DNA of 64,000 nt from an uncultured Fibrobacterota bacterium (lineage in GTDB: Bacteria > Fibrobacterota > Chitinivibrionia > Chitinivibrionales > FEN-1185). The stretch spans positions 160,001 through 224,000 of the forward strand of contig CAVWBU010000016.1 in assembly GCA_963753345.1 (NCBI GenBank), given 5' to 3'. Positions 14,316-24,400 of this stretch are shown here, one piece after another. Position 1 is the stretch's first letter, and the number at the start of each line of letters is the position of its first letter. The position numbers were made by a program, and so were the translations under genes. Under the pieces are notes generated by a model. That model did not search any database. It worked only from the letters and a program-made list of their open reading frames with translations, and was not told the origin of the DNA.

Positions 14316-14864
14316 TCAATGCAAGCAACCGCGCCGTGACGCCGGCCTTGATCCTGCCGGCAAGAAATAGCTCTTGACAATATCAAGGCACAGTCCGGTA
14401 GCAATCACCCCCGTCAGGTAGGCGAAAAACGGAGAACTACGGTAACCAAAATTTGCCGCGGCAAAGCTCATGAGGGTTGCCCACAACAGGAAAATAAAGG
14501 GGTTCGTTATGTTAATAAGAAAGCCAGACAGGAATCCTTTAAGCAACGGCACAGGATCGGAATATTCAGAAGCAACCATTGTCGCATTGGGCCTTGTGAG
14601 CAGCATACCTATTCCCATGCAACACAATATTGCTCCGCAGATGATTCCGGCGGCGCGTCTGTGCTGGAATGGCTGGATCAGACGGAAAACGCCGAAGTAG
14701 TTGACGGCAAGAAAGACAATGATGCCAGTGAAAAGACCAGCCACAACCGAGAGACCTGCACGGAAGCCCCGGCGCAGGCTCGTATGAAAGTTGATCAGCA
14801 CCCCCGGGCCGACGCCAATGGCCATGACCAAGGCTGTCAAAATTCCTTTTGCCAAGGGGGACAT
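14316..14864 (-). CDS. LysE-family translocator (3' end disturbed next to homopolymer tract)
   Basis: GVGPG...SLRRGFRAGLSVVAG and FLSGFLINITNP motifs; hydrophobic. Confidence 0.8.
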   Translation of the reverse strand: MSPLAKGILTALVMAIGVGPGVLINFHTSLRRGFRAGLSVVAGLFTGIIVFLAVNYFGVFRLIQPFQHRRAAGIICGAILCCMGIGMLLTRPNATMVASEYSDPVPLLKGFLSGFLINITNPFIFLLWATLMSFAAANFGYRSSPFFAYLTGVIATGLCLDIVKSYFLPAGSRPASRRGCLH

Positions 14865-15221
14865 TATCTATCCCTTATGATGGTCATATTCATGGGGTTC
14901 TCTTAAAGGATACCGCCTTCCCACTTCTTATGGTGACTTAAAGAATTTACCGCGCCGTCATGAGCTTTCGATGATCTCGCCGTTAGAAATTTCTAAGGAC
15001 GGCAGCGGAAGTGAAACATGTGGTTGATGGAATACTTCATTACCATATCGGAAATCGCACCGGACACCGTATCCTTTTCGAACCTGATTGCAGAAATGAC
15101 TTGCACCTATTCGGGTTCGAAAGGAAAGAAAACGTGCTGTTGCGGCAATTTTGCTGCATACGCAGTCCATTTCTAACAAGACCATCACACGATTCTAAAG
15201 AATGAAGTTTAGTTTTATTGA

Positions 15222-15613
15222 ATGAACAGATATGATATCTTGATTGTCGAAGACGATCCGTTCATCAGCGAGCTTATTGTGGTCACGCTCTCATCAACGT
15301 TTTATGCCATAACCTGTGTCGACACCGGCACCAAGGCCTTTACACAACTCTCTGAACATAAACCCGACCTCGTCCTGCTCGACATACTGATTCCTAACCC
15401 GACGGCTGGGCCGTCTACAAGGCCATCCGAAAAAACCCCGAACTTTCAAATACCAAGGTAATCATTCTCACTGCCTTGCCAATAGGGCGCGAGGCACTGC
15501 GGCAGAAAAACATCCAGCCGACAGACGCGTTCATGACAAAACCGTTCGAACTGGACGAGTTACGGATGAAAGTGAATACCATGCTTTCCGGCGCAGCGGC
15601 AAACCCGGGTTGA
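15222..15613 (+). pseudogene. Single-domain response regulator (receiver), one frameshift near 15400
   Basis: ILIVEDD...PDLVLLDILIP, then in the shifted frame DGWAVYKAIR...VIILTA...FMTKPFELDEL. Confidence 0.8.
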
Positions 15614-15654
15614 CGCCGCCGGCGATTCGGGCCGCGTTTTTTCCTGAAAAACGG

Positions 15655-16203
15655 TTATTTCCCCGCACTGCGACGACCGGCGTCCGTTTTATTCACGGAC
15701 ACCGGCTTCGTTGCCTCCCGCCGCCGAACAACGTTCTTTCCTGGTATCGGCGTCAGCGTTTGAGACCGCTCATGTTTTTCCTTCCGTATTCCGGCCGCCT
15801 CCTCATCCTGCTTGCGGCAGGCTTCCATGAGAAGCATCATCGGGTTCTCGCGGATTGTCGTTGTCACGCCGGCAGGCTCACCCGAAAAGAACGAAAATTC
15901 CCCTTTTGTAATCCTGAGCGCCTTCCAGAGAGCACTGTGGCCGCCGTCAATGCCGGTTTCCGCATGCACGATGTTGCCGCCATGCACGAATACCGTGCAG
16001 GGGACCGCGTGCGTTCCCATTCCCTCCGGGTAAAGTTCGAGCCTTCCGGTCTTCGCGGTCTGCACGAGCAGTTGCACCACGTCAAAAACACAGCATTCGT
16101 CAAGCTGTCCCTGCAAACCGGCACCCGGGCGCTGGCGCAACATCCCCTGCGGTGCAATCGACGCCACGCCGACTTTTTCTATCCAATCCGGCAAATGGTC
16201 CAT
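15655..16203 (-). CDS. DUF4388 (PatA-N-like) domain protein
   Basis: LQGQLDECCVFDVVQLLVQTAKTGRLEL...GGNIVHAE...GEFSF. Confidence 0.75.
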   Translation of the reverse strand: MDHLPDWIEKVGVASIAPQGMLRQRPGAGLQGQLDECCVFDVVQLLVQTAKTGRLELYPEGMGTHAVPCTVFVHGGNIVHAETGIDGGHSALWKALRITKGEFSFFSGEPAGVTTTIRENPMMLLMEACRKQDEEAAGIRKEKHERSQTLTPIPGKNVVRRREATKPVSVNKTDAGRRSAGK

Positions 16204-16293
16204 ATGTTTCTCCCGTATGGGTGGTTACCATAAATAAAATGTCAAGATGAAATTAGGGGATTCTGATGGTTTCGTTAGAATTCCGCGAGTAGT

Positions 16294-16468
16294 AATGAAC
16301 TACCCCGCAGCAAGCTGCGAGGTATCCAAAACCTACAACTCGCCCCTTAATCCCCTCTCTTGTGCCCCTTCCGGCATCCCTGAAGAGGGAAAAGAGAGGG
16401 GAAACCGAGCGAAGCGAGGAGGGGTGAGTTTAAGTCGAAGCAAGCTTCGAGGAATTAGACCCACTGTG
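16294..16468. repeat. MITE/REP-like palindromic element with a nested second hairpin element
   Basis: Outer palindromes TACCCCGCAGCAAGCTGCGAGGTA and TCGAAGCAAGCTTCGA flank an inner AACTCGCCCCT..TCCCCTCTCTT / AAGAGAGGGGAA..AGGGGTGAGTT fold-back. Confidence 0.6.
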
Positions 16469-16510
16469 ATAAAAAAGTCACCCGTGGCCGGCACCACCTT
16501 GCGTGCGCCC

Positions 16511-17791
16511 TCATCGCATGGTTTGCCGCGTCGGATTATAATACCCGATCTTCACATGAGGGAACCTTCGCTTCACCTCATGCACCCAGTGAATCATGCC
16601 CTTTGATGCACCCCGCATTTCCCCTAGCCCGATCGCATTTTTATACCATTCCGGATCGATGTTGAGATTTCGTGTCTGGATCATATCGATTCCTATCTTC
16701 CGGATCAGTTTTCCAAGCGCGGCAATCTCCGACGTATGGTCGGTAAAACCGGGGAAAACAAGATAGTTGATTGAAACCCAGACAGAATGTCGTTTCGCGA
16801 TTATTATGGATTCTCGCACATCGCTAAACGAGTACTCTTTCGGCCGGTAATAGCCGCTGTAAAAATCAGGTTGCGCCGAATTGAGACTCACCCGCATGCT
16901 GTTGAGACCTGCTTTGCAGAGCCGTTCAATTTCAGCAGGCAGGCTTGCATTGGTATTCATGTTGATGACGCCGCGTTTTGTTCGTAGCCGGATTTTTCGG
17001 ATCGACTCTTCAACAACGTCCGCGGCAAGCAGTGGCTCGCCTTCGCATCCCTGTCCAAAACTCGCAATGGGATTTGACGCATGTGCAAGGTGAGGAACAA
17101 CATACTCAACGATGTCGGTGGCCGAAGGCGTGAAATCCAGCCTATGCTGGGTCGAAGGAATACAGGAGCCCCGAGGCTGATAAGAGATGCATCCGACACA
17201 GGAGGCGTTGCAGTGCCGGCTCACCGGCACAGGGCATTCCCATCTGCCAAGCACAAGGTTGCAGGCATTGGGGCAGCGATATTTCAAGACACAGTTGTTG
17301 ACGAGGTGGCCGATGAGGCGGTTATTGGGAAACCGCCTGAGAAATTTCAATGCTTTTTCATCAATTATCGGGAACTTTTTGTCGGGAATGTCATGCCGCA
17401 GCTGCCGGTCCACCCTATGGCCGGCAACGTAGAATTTTCCATCGCGCCAACCTACTGCGGCATAGCAATAGAGGGGCAGCCTAGGCACATCGATACTTTC
17501 GCGGTAGGCTGCATGTGCGGTGCAGATGTATCCGGGCGGCATGAAAGCGGCAACAGCAAAAACCATTTTCCCGGCGAACCGGGGCACTTCCACGAGCATT
17601 CCTCTTTGAAAATCAAACCCTACGGAAACGCGCAAAGGCAGTGCCAACAGAATGCTTGAGTGCGGAAGTGGGATGAGGCTTTCTTCATCCGGCACCGCGG
17701 GTCCGTGCAGAGAAGAGCCGGTCATTGACAATCCGGGGACGTCAATAACTTGGCCCTTTTCGTCTGCGATTACAAGGCAAGGTGATTTCAT
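16511..17791 (-). CDS. Radical SAM protein
   Basis: CxxxCxxC (CNASCVGC), SFGQGCEGEPL, NTNAS, RVSLNS; 426 aa. Confidence 0.85.
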   Translation of the reverse strand: MKSPCLVIADEKGQVIDVPGLSMTGSSLHGPAVPDEESLIPLPHSSILLALPLRVSVGFDFQRGMLVEVPRFAGKMVFAVAAFMPPGYICTAHAAYRESIDVPRLPLYCYAAVGWRDGKFYVAGHRVDRQLRHDIPDKKFPIIDEKALKFLRRFPNNRLIGHLVNNCVLKYRCPNACNLVLGRWECPVPVSRHCNASCVGCISYQPRGSCIPSTQHRLDFTPSATDIVEYVVPHLAHASNPIASFGQGCEGEPLLAADVVEESIRKIRLRTKRGVINMNTNASLPAEIERLCKAGLNSMRVSLNSAQPDFYSGYYRPKEYSFSDVRESIIIAKRHSVWVSINYLVFPGFTDHTSEIAALGKLIRKIGIDMIQTRNLNIDPEWYKNAIGLGEMRGASKGMIHWVHEVKRRFPHVKIGYYNPTRQTMR

Positions 17792-17895
17792 GAAGGAGAA
17801 AATACATTTTACTGGCCAATGGCCCCAACGATGATATTCGAAGAGGATTCATGAGGGGGGAAGCTTAGCCTGTCTCGAAACCCAGTCTAAGAACT

Positions 17896-18026
17896 GGGCG
17901 CCTGCCTTCGGCACCGGTTCTCCTTCCGGTCTCGGCCACGGCCTCGGGCTGCCACGGCCCTATGGCCCACAGGGCCGGGTCCGGGCAGCATCCCGCTCTA
18001 GCGGGACCTCCAGTCGCCCCTGGCGC
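17896..18026. repeat. Structured intergenic repeat family I, copy 1 (C-rich strand = +)
   Basis: GGGCGCC...CTCCTTCCGGTCTCGGCC..GGCCTCG...CCTCCAGTC..CCTGGCGC; homologous to the 8 other copies. Confidence 0.85.
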
Positions 18027-18124
18027 GCGGAAGAAGAATGCCTAAAAGAAAAGCAATTCCTTTTTGCGCAGCTTTAAATTCGAGGAATACTGACGGATGA
18101 TTCTTGCTTCTCTACTTTTTAATA

Positions 18125-18238
18125 TTGAAGAACCCCGCCCCGAGTGGCGGGGATTCTTCCATGCTAAGGAAAAATAATTGTAATTCGCCCGCTAACCCCG
18201 CGCCAAGTCGCGGGGATTGCGCGGGCTGTGGCATTCAA
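18125..18238. repeat. MITE-like double-hairpin element inserted between family I and family II repeats
   Basis: TTGAA...TTCAA termini; hairpins GAAGAACCCCGCC..GGCGGGGATTCTTC and GCCCGC..AACCCCGCG..CGCGGGGATT..GCGGGC. Confidence 0.55.
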
Positions 18239-18270
18239 CTATTCAACGTTTCAAATTTTCAACTGCTCTT

Positions 18271-18398
18271 CGTGGGTGCCGCCACAGCAATGAATGGTCT
18301 TGCAACTACATTGTCAAGGCGGCTACCCGAGAGGGGGTAGCGCAGGACGCCGCAGGCCGAAGGCCGAGGAGGCCGGAGCGAGGGGGAGCCTTCCCCCA
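18271..18398. repeat. Structured intergenic repeat family II, copy 1 (G-rich strand = +)
   Basis: GGGTGCCGCC...CTTGCAACT...GGCGGCTACCC-GAGAGGGGGTAGCGCAGG...GGCCGGAGCGAGGGGGA..TTCCCCC. Confidence 0.85.
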
Positions 18399-18482
18399 CA
18401 AGAAATAACTTGTGGACGAACTCGCTTTGTTCAAGAGGTATATTTTTATCTCTAAACTCAAAACCAAAGGAGATTATTGATC

Positions 18483-19664
18483 ATGAAAATGAGAACCATT
18501 CGAGAAAACGTGTATTTCGGCGGCTCGATTGATTGGGACAGGCGCCTTTTCGACTCTCTTATTCCTCTTCCCGACGGCACGAGCTACAATTCCTATCTTG
18601 TAAAGGGCAGCGAAAAGACCGCGCTCATCGACACCGTGGACCCGGCAAAATCCGACACGCTTATGGACCAGCTTGTAGGAGTGGAAAACCTTGACTATCT
18701 GGTGGCGCACCACGCGGAGCAGGACCATGCAGGCTCAATTCCCCTCGTGTTGGCAAAGTATCCCAAGGCCAAGCTCCTGGCCTCGCCCAAGGGCAAGGGC
18801 CTGATTGTGGATCATCTGCATGTTGACGAAAACAGAATCACGGCGGTCGGCGACAACGAGACGGTCTCGCTCGGCAACCGCACGCTCCGCTTTGTCCATA
18901 CGCCGTGGGTCCATTGGCCCGAGACCATGGTTACCTATCTTGCCGAGGAGAGAATCCTTTTCACCTGCGACTTCTTCGGTTCGCATCTCGCAACCACCGA
19001 CATGTACGCACACGACGAAGGCCGGGTGTACGAGGCGGCAAAGCGGTACTACGCGGAAATCATGATGCCGTTTCGCCATACCATCCGCAGCAACCTGGAA
19101 AAACTCAAGGGCCTGTCCATCGACATCATCGCGCCGAGCCACGGACCCGCGTACGACAAACCGGCGTTCATCATGGACGCCTACAAGGACTGGATCGCAG
19201 ACGATCCCAAGAACCAGGTTGTTATTCCCTACGTGTCAATGCACGGCAGCACCAGGCTGCTGGTTGAGCGGCTCGTCGGGTCGCTTGCGCAAAAGGGAAT
19301 CGCGGTGTTCCAGTTCGATCTTGCCGACACCGACCTCGGGAAACTCGCCATTTCGCTTGTCGACGCGGCGACCATTGTAGTGGGAACGCCCACGGTGCAC
19401 GTGGGGCCGCACCCTGCCGTGCTGTACGCTGCAACACTTGCCAATGCCCTGCGCCCCAAGGCGCTGTTCGCCTCGGTGGTCGGTTCATACGGATGGGCGG
19501 GAAAGGCCGCGGAGCAGATCGTTGCCGCTCTCCCCAATCTCAAGGTTGAGGTGCTTTCTCCGGTCATATGCAAGGGAATGCCGAGGGCAGCGGATTTCGA
19601 GGCGGTGGAGAAGCTGGCGGCTACAATATTTGAAAAGCATAAAGTAAGGGGCCTTGCAAGATAA
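18483..19664 (+). CDS. fprA: Flavodiiron protein (A-type flavoprotein)
   Basis: GTSYNSYL, HHAEQDHAG, HWPE, TCDFFG, PSHG, flavodoxin YVSMHGST and GSYGW motifs. Confidence 0.93.
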   Translation: MKMRTIRENVYFGGSIDWDRRLFDSLIPLPDGTSYNSYLVKGSEKTALIDTVDPAKSDTLMDQLVGVENLDYLVAHHAEQDHAGSIPLVLAKYPKAKLLASPKGKGLIVDHLHVDENRITAVGDNETVSLGNRTLRFVHTPWVHWPETMVTYLAEERILFTCDFFGSHLATTDMYAHDEGRVYEAAKRYYAEIMMPFRHTIRSNLEKLKGLSIDIIAPSHGPAYDKPAFIMDAYKDWIADDPKNQVVIPYVSMHGSTRLLVERLVGSLAQKGIAVFQFDLADTDLGKLAISLVDAATIVVGTPTVHVGPHPAVLYAATLANALRPKALFASVVGSYGWAGKAAEQIVAALPNLKVEVLSPVICKGMPRAADFEAVEKLAATIFEKHKVRGLAR

Positions 19665-19676
19665 TAAAAGAAACGT

Positions 19677-19810
19677 GGGCGTTCCCCGGCCTTTGGCCGG
19701 GTCGGTCTCCCTGCGGGCTCGGCTGTTCGCCTCGTTGCCGGACCGCCCTATGCCTATCGGCCGGGTCGGCCGGCAATTCGCTCCAGCTCACCCTCCAGTC
19801 CACCTAACGC
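19677..19810. repeat. Structured repeat family I, copy 2 (C-rich strand = +)
   Basis: GGGCGTT...GGGTCGGTCTCCCTGCGGGCTCGGCTGTTCGCCTCGTTGCCGG...CCCTCCAGTCCACCTAACGC. Confidence 0.9.
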
Positions 19811-19932
19811 GCGACAACTGAAATGTCTTCTGCCAAGTACTATTACTTGCGCCATGTTGGATTCCCAGCAAACAGCAAAGAAGCCTCTTATTAGTCAAGG
19901 ATGAGGTGATTGTGGAGATGCCCCGCTGCCAA

Positions 19933-20068
19933 GCGCCAGGCAGGACTGGAGGCCGCGCTGGAGCGCGGTGCTGCCTGACCACGGCCCGCAGGGCCTTTGT
20001 GGCAGGCAGCCCGAGGCCGTAGGCCGAGACCGGAAGGAGGGCCGCCGCTGCGAAGCAGCGGGGCGCCC
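19933..20068. repeat. Structured repeat family I, copy 3 (C-rich strand = -)
   Basis: Reverse complement GGGCGCC...CCTCCTTCCGGTCTCGGCC..GGCCTCG...CCTCCAGTCCTGCCTGGCGC; near-identical core to 38746-38896. Confidence 0.9.
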
Positions 20069-20198
20069 ATTTTTTTCTTGCAACCAAGTACTTTACGCGC
20101 ACACTCATCTCCCCCTTTGGTTTTGCCCCACGAAAATGTATTTTAGGAAGAAGTAACCTTTCAGTTCTGTCACGTGCAATGCTTTGTGTGAGGACCCA

Positions 20199-21071
20199 AT
20201 GAGAAAAATTGTTCTTCTGTCAATCCTCGCCGCGGCGTGCGTCGCCCCGGCGTTCGCCGAAACCCATCTGTCGGGCGACATCAAGGCCGCCGCGCTCGAC
20301 TCCAGCGGCAACCCCTACATCGTGGACCAGGACGTGGTGGTGCCCGCGGGAAAGAAGCTTGTCATCAAGGAAGGCTGTGTCCTGCTGTTCAAGGGTTTTA
20401 CGGGCCTCAACGTTGCCGGACAGCTCCATGTGGCGGGCACGGCAAAGCGGCCGGTGGTGTTCACCTCGGTGAACGACGGCGACTTCAACCCGAAAAGCGA
20501 CCAGCTTCCCAACCCGTTCGACTGGAACGGAATCCTTGTCGCAAAGGAATCGGCCGGCGCCCTGCTCGAAAACTTCAACCTGCGGTATTCGGTATACGGT
20601 GTCAAGTCGCAGACCACCAACGTGTCGGTGCAGAACGGCGTTTTCCGCCAGAACGGCCAGTTCCATTTCACCATCAACGAGAAGATACAGTACGTTCAGG
20701 ACAACATTCCCTTTACCTACACCGGTACCTCTGCCGACGTGGAAAAGCCTTCAGCGTCGGTTTCTGGTGAGAACAGCGCAAAGGCGCCAAAGAAGACGGA
20801 AAAACCGGGGCACGCCACGCTTGTCTTCCGCTACACATCCCTGTGCGTCGGGGTGGTTGGGGTTGCAGCAGGTTCAGTCATGCTTGTTCCATGGAGCAAT
20901 TCGAAGAAAAACTTGGATTCTGGTTATGTGTACTCGCATTATCCCGACCAACCAACAACCAAATGGAATGAAATAAGCGCCAGCGTCAACGGCTGGGGCG
21001 CCGGCTCCGTCATTGCATACACACTCGGCCTGCTTGGCCTTGTCGGCTTCGGCGTCTCGTTCGCGTTCTAG
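20199..21071 (+). CDS. Secreted beta-helix-like hypothetical protein with C-terminal hydrophobic segments
   Basis: Signal peptide; GNPYIVDQDVVVPAGKKLVIKEG...GTAKRPVVFTS...DWNGI. Confidence 0.7.
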   Translation: MRKIVLLSILAAACVAPAFAETHLSGDIKAAALDSSGNPYIVDQDVVVPAGKKLVIKEGCVLLFKGFTGLNVAGQLHVAGTAKRPVVFTSVNDGDFNPKSDQLPNPFDWNGILVAKESAGALLENFNLRYSVYGVKSQTTNVSVQNGVFRQNGQFHFTINEKIQYVQDNIPFTYTGTSADVEKPSASVSGENSAKAPKKTEKPGHATLVFRYTSLCVGVVGVAAGSVMLVPWSNSKKNLDSGYVYSHYPDQPTTKWNEISASVNGWGAGSVIAYTLGLLGLVGFGVSFAF

Positions 21072-21075
21072 CCAC

Positions 21076-22263
21076 ATGGACCGCTTTTCCGGCTACATAG
21101 AAGGTTTTTACGGGAGAATGCTTTCGTGGGACGAGCGGCGGCTCGTGTGCGATTGCATGGATCAGCTTTCCCTCAATACCTATGTTTACGCGCCCAAGGA
21201 AGACCCGTATCATCGGGCCGCCTGGAGAGCTCCCTACCCGTCAAGCTGGATCAGGGAATTCCGCGCCTTCAACATGCACGCCACGCGAAAAAACATCCGG
21301 GTAATTCCCTGTATCGCGCCCGGACTTTCCTTTGATTATACAAGCCGGTCGGATTACTCCACGCTCCTGAAAAAACTGTCGGCATTCGCAGACTGCGGTT
21401 GCCGGACCCTCGCGCTGCTTATGGATGATATTCCGCAAACGCTTCCGCACAAAAGCCGCGGCCGGTTTTCCTCGCTGGGCCAGGCGCACGGATTATTGGT
21501 CACGCTCCTCCTTGCGGATATCCGCAAACGCTATCCATTCGTGCAGATATGGTTCTGTCCTACAGTCTATACCGACCAATTCGCTCCCGAAGGAATACGG
21601 AACAGCGTCTACCTTAAAGACCTGAGCGCCTCGATCCCCAGGGACCTCCAGGTGTTGTGGACCGGTCAGTCGGTCATAGCAAAGACACTTGACAAAAAAG
21701 CACTCAGTGTCATTTCACACTTGTTCGGCGGCAATATCGTGGTCTGGGACAATCTGTACGCAAACGATTATTGCCCCTTTAGACTGTTTGCGGGCGCCTA
21801 TGCAGGCCGGTCTCGCACCATGTTCGATGTTGTCAACGGCGTTCTGCTCAATCCTACGGGAATGCCCTATACGGATTCGCTTCTGCTTGGCGTCCTTGCC
21901 GCATTCAATAAAAGCTTTTCACCGGAAAAAGCCTGGCGCATTGCCGCGCGGAAAGCAAAGGTTGATCCGGCGTTTCACACCGTGTCCCGGTTTTTCGTAC
22001 CGCCGCACTCACACGGTCGGTCGGATAAATTGACAAAGGCCAACATCACGAAGTACCGCAAGGCGCTTCATCACCTTATCTGGGAATGGAAGTCGCCGCT
22101 GCAGCGGGAATGGTATCCCTTCCTGTACATGCTCGAAACCAATCTTGCCTTGCTTGAAAAGCCTTCCGGCGCGCGCGAAACCGCGCGCGAAACGCAGAAC
22201 TGGATTGCCAGGAAATATCCGCCGGTGCTGTCGACAATCCTTTCGAACGGGAAGCGGCCATGA
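21076..22263 (+). CDS. GH84 beta-N-acetylglucosaminidase (O-GlcNAcase/NAGidase domain)
   Basis: GYIEGFYG, YVYAPKEDPYHR, catalytic LLMDDI, FCPTVY, WTG, WDNLYANDY; no signal peptide. Confidence 0.9.
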   Translation: MDRFSGYIEGFYGRMLSWDERRLVCDCMDQLSLNTYVYAPKEDPYHRAAWRAPYPSSWIREFRAFNMHATRKNIRVIPCIAPGLSFDYTSRSDYSTLLKKLSAFADCGCRTLALLMDDIPQTLPHKSRGRFSSLGQAHGLLVTLLLADIRKRYPFVQIWFCPTVYTDQFAPEGIRNSVYLKDLSASIPRDLQVLWTGQSVIAKTLDKKALSVISHLFGGNIVVWDNLYANDYCPFRLFAGAYAGRSRTMFDVVNGVLLNPTGMPYTDSLLLGVLAAFNKSFSPEKAWRIAARKAKVDPAFHTVSRFFVPPHSHGRSDKLTKANITKYRKALHHLIWEWKSPLQREWYPFLYMLETNLALLEKPSGARETARETQNWIARKYPPVLSTILSNGKRP

Positions 22264-23006
22264 GTATGAGCGAAATTTCCCAAGCATGCGTCCAACTCAA
22301 ACTTGATTTGTTTAAGACACCCTCATTTGATGAACTCCTGTCACAAAAAGGCATTCAAAACGTAACGGTCATCATTACAAGACGCCTGCGGCGCGGATGG
22401 TACGCGAAGACGGACCGCAACACCGGCAGCCTCAGCCTGCATGTTCCGGCATATCTTGAGAACGCGCCCGAGGAAGTGAAACTGGCTCTTATCGATTGGA
22501 CGCTCTTGGCGTCGCGCCGGCGAAATGTCCTGCGCAAACGGCTCGAACAGCGGATCTTCTCATATATCAAGGAGCAGGGACTCGAAACACGCAACCGTTC
22601 CTTTGCCGACCCCTCGTCGTTCCGCGCCAAAGGTCACACCTACGATTTGGCGGAGGTATTCGATTTCGTCAACAAGACCTATTTCAACGGCACGGTGGCG
22701 TCGTACGTGCGCTGGAGCGCGCACCCGCTGCGCTCGTACCAGAGCGTGCGCACCGGTTCCGACGGCGGCCGTTACAACCTGATCACCATTGCGCAAATGT
22801 ACGACCGTCCCGGCGTGCCGCGCTTTGCCGTTGATGCCATTATGCACCACGAGATGCTGCACATTGCCTGCCCACCGCAGACCGGCGGCGCCAGGAACAG
22901 GATACACGGCCCGGAATTCAAGCGCAGGGAACGCATGTTTCCCCATTACCGCGACTGGGTGGAATGGGAACGGCGCTGTCTTAAACAGATGTCCCGGAGA
23001 GGTTGA
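22260..23006 (+). CDS. SprT-like/M48 zinc metallopeptidase-domain protein
   Basis: HHEMLH zincin motif, followed by HGPEFKRRE. Confidence 0.75.
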   Translation: MSMSEISQACVQLKLDLFKTPSFDELLSQKGIQNVTVIITRRLRRGWYAKTDRNTGSLSLHVPAYLENAPEEVKLALIDWTLLASRRRNVLRKRLEQRIFSYIKEQGLETRNRSFADPSSFRAKGHTYDLAEVFDFVNKTYFNGTVASYVRWSAHPLRSYQSVRTGSDGGRYNLITIAQMYDRPGVPRFAVDAIMHHEMLHIACPPQTGGARNRIHGPEFKRRERMFPHYRDWVEWERRCLKQMSRRG

Positions 23007-23009
23007 CTT

Positions 23010-24293
23010 ATGCAAATACCCGCCGGCCCGAAAGGGACCCGAGATTTCTATCCCGACGACATGGCCGTGCGCGAGGCCGTCTTCTCCTCCTGGCGTTCCA
23101 CGTGCGAACGGTACGGGTTCGAGCAGTTCGATGCGCCCATGTTCGAGCACCTCGATTTGTACACGCAGAAATCGGGCGACGAAATTGAAAAGCAGCTCTA
23201 TGTTTTCCAGGACAAGGCCGGTCGCTCGCTTGCCCTGCGGCCCGAGCTCACGCCTTCGCTCGCGCGCATGGTGGCGGCAAAGGGCAACAACCTCAAGCGG
23301 CCTGTCCGCTGGTATTCGATCCCCAGGCTTTTCCGCTACGAGAAGATGCAGAAGGGACGGCTCAGGGAGTTTTTCCAGCTCAACATGGACATCCTCGGCA
23401 TTTTTGAGACCTCGGCAGACGCGGAACTCATAGCGGCATCTGTTGACATGATGCGCGACCTCGGCTTTACCAATGCCGACTTCGGGGTCCATGTTTCGAG
23501 CCGAAGCCTGCTGGAACAGCTTTTCCTTTCCATGGGTATTCCGTCTGTCAAACTACCCGCACTGTATGCAGCCCTCGACAAGCGACACAAAGTTCCCAAA
23601 GAAGTGTTCGAGGCCGACCTTGCCGCTGCCGTTTCCCCGGAAGTAAGCCCCGCCGCGGTGAGCGAGGCACTCTCGGCGACATCCCTTGCCGACCTTGCCA
23701 GGCTCGGCGGCCCGATTCCGGCCGCAACCCAGCTCGAAGAACTGTTTACCCACATGGCCGGTTATGGTATGTCCGATTATGTTTCGTTTGATATCGGCAT
23801 CGTGCGCGGGCTCGCCTATTACACGGGCATTGTGTTCGAATTGTTCGACGCGAAACGCTCGCTCCGCGCCATTGCCGGCGGCGGCCGCTACGACAAGCTC
23901 GTAAAACTCTACGGCGGGCCCGACACGCCCGCCACCGGGTTCGCCGCGGGGGACGTGGTGCTCGGCGAAATGCTTCTCGAAAAGCAATTTACCGTTCAGA
24001 ACCGGCGCTCAAATGTCTTTCTCATTTCTTTCGACGAAAGCCATCCTGCCAACGCGATCCGGACCGCCACGGTCCTACGCAACGCCGGGATTTCCTGCGA
24101 ATTCAGCCTTAAAAAAACCGGCGCGGGCAAGCAGATGGAACAGGCCAACGCGGCGCGTTCTTTACTTGCGGTATTTATCGGCGGCGAAGAAGAAAAGACA
24201 GGGAATGTGCGGATGCGGAATATGAAGACCGGGGAAGAAAAGCTGGTTGCGAGAGGAGAATTGGTTTCCGCACTCAAGAAAGCGCTTGAGTGA
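23010..24293 (+). CDS. hisS: Histidine--tRNA ligase
   Basis: PKGTRDFYP, LRPELT, FRYE..QKGRLREFFQ, VRGLAYYTG, GGGRYD. Confidence 0.97.
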   Translation: MQIPAGPKGTRDFYPDDMAVREAVFSSWRSTCERYGFEQFDAPMFEHLDLYTQKSGDEIEKQLYVFQDKAGRSLALRPELTPSLARMVAAKGNNLKRPVRWYSIPRLFRYEKMQKGRLREFFQLNMDILGIFETSADAELIAASVDMMRDLGFTNADFGVHVSSRSLLEQLFLSMGIPSVKLPALYAALDKRHKVPKEVFEADLAAAVSPEVSPAAVSEALSATSLADLARLGGPIPAATQLEELFTHMAGYGMSDYVSFDIGIVRGLAYYTGIVFELFDAKRSLRAIAGGGRYDKLVKLYGGPDTPATGFAAGDVVLGEMLLEKQFTVQNRRSNVFLISFDESHPANAIRTATVLRNAGISCEFSLKKTGAGKQMEQANAARSLLAVFIGGEEEKTGNVRMRNMKTGEEKLVARGELVSALKKALE

Positions 24294-24313
24294 TGATAGG
24301 TCTTTAATGGAAC

Positions 24314-24338
24314 ATTGCTTCACTTCGTTCGCAATGAC
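24314..24338. repeat. Single short REP-like palindrome
   Basis: ATTGCTTCACTTCGTTCGCAATGAC (reverse complement GTCATTGCGAACGAAGTGAAGCAAT), a widespread intergenic repeat type recognised from memory. Confidence 0.45.
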
Positions 24339-24400
24339 AATGTTATTTTTGATTCCATAAGCAGCACTTGTCAATCCGCACATTGGATTATTCTTGATTT

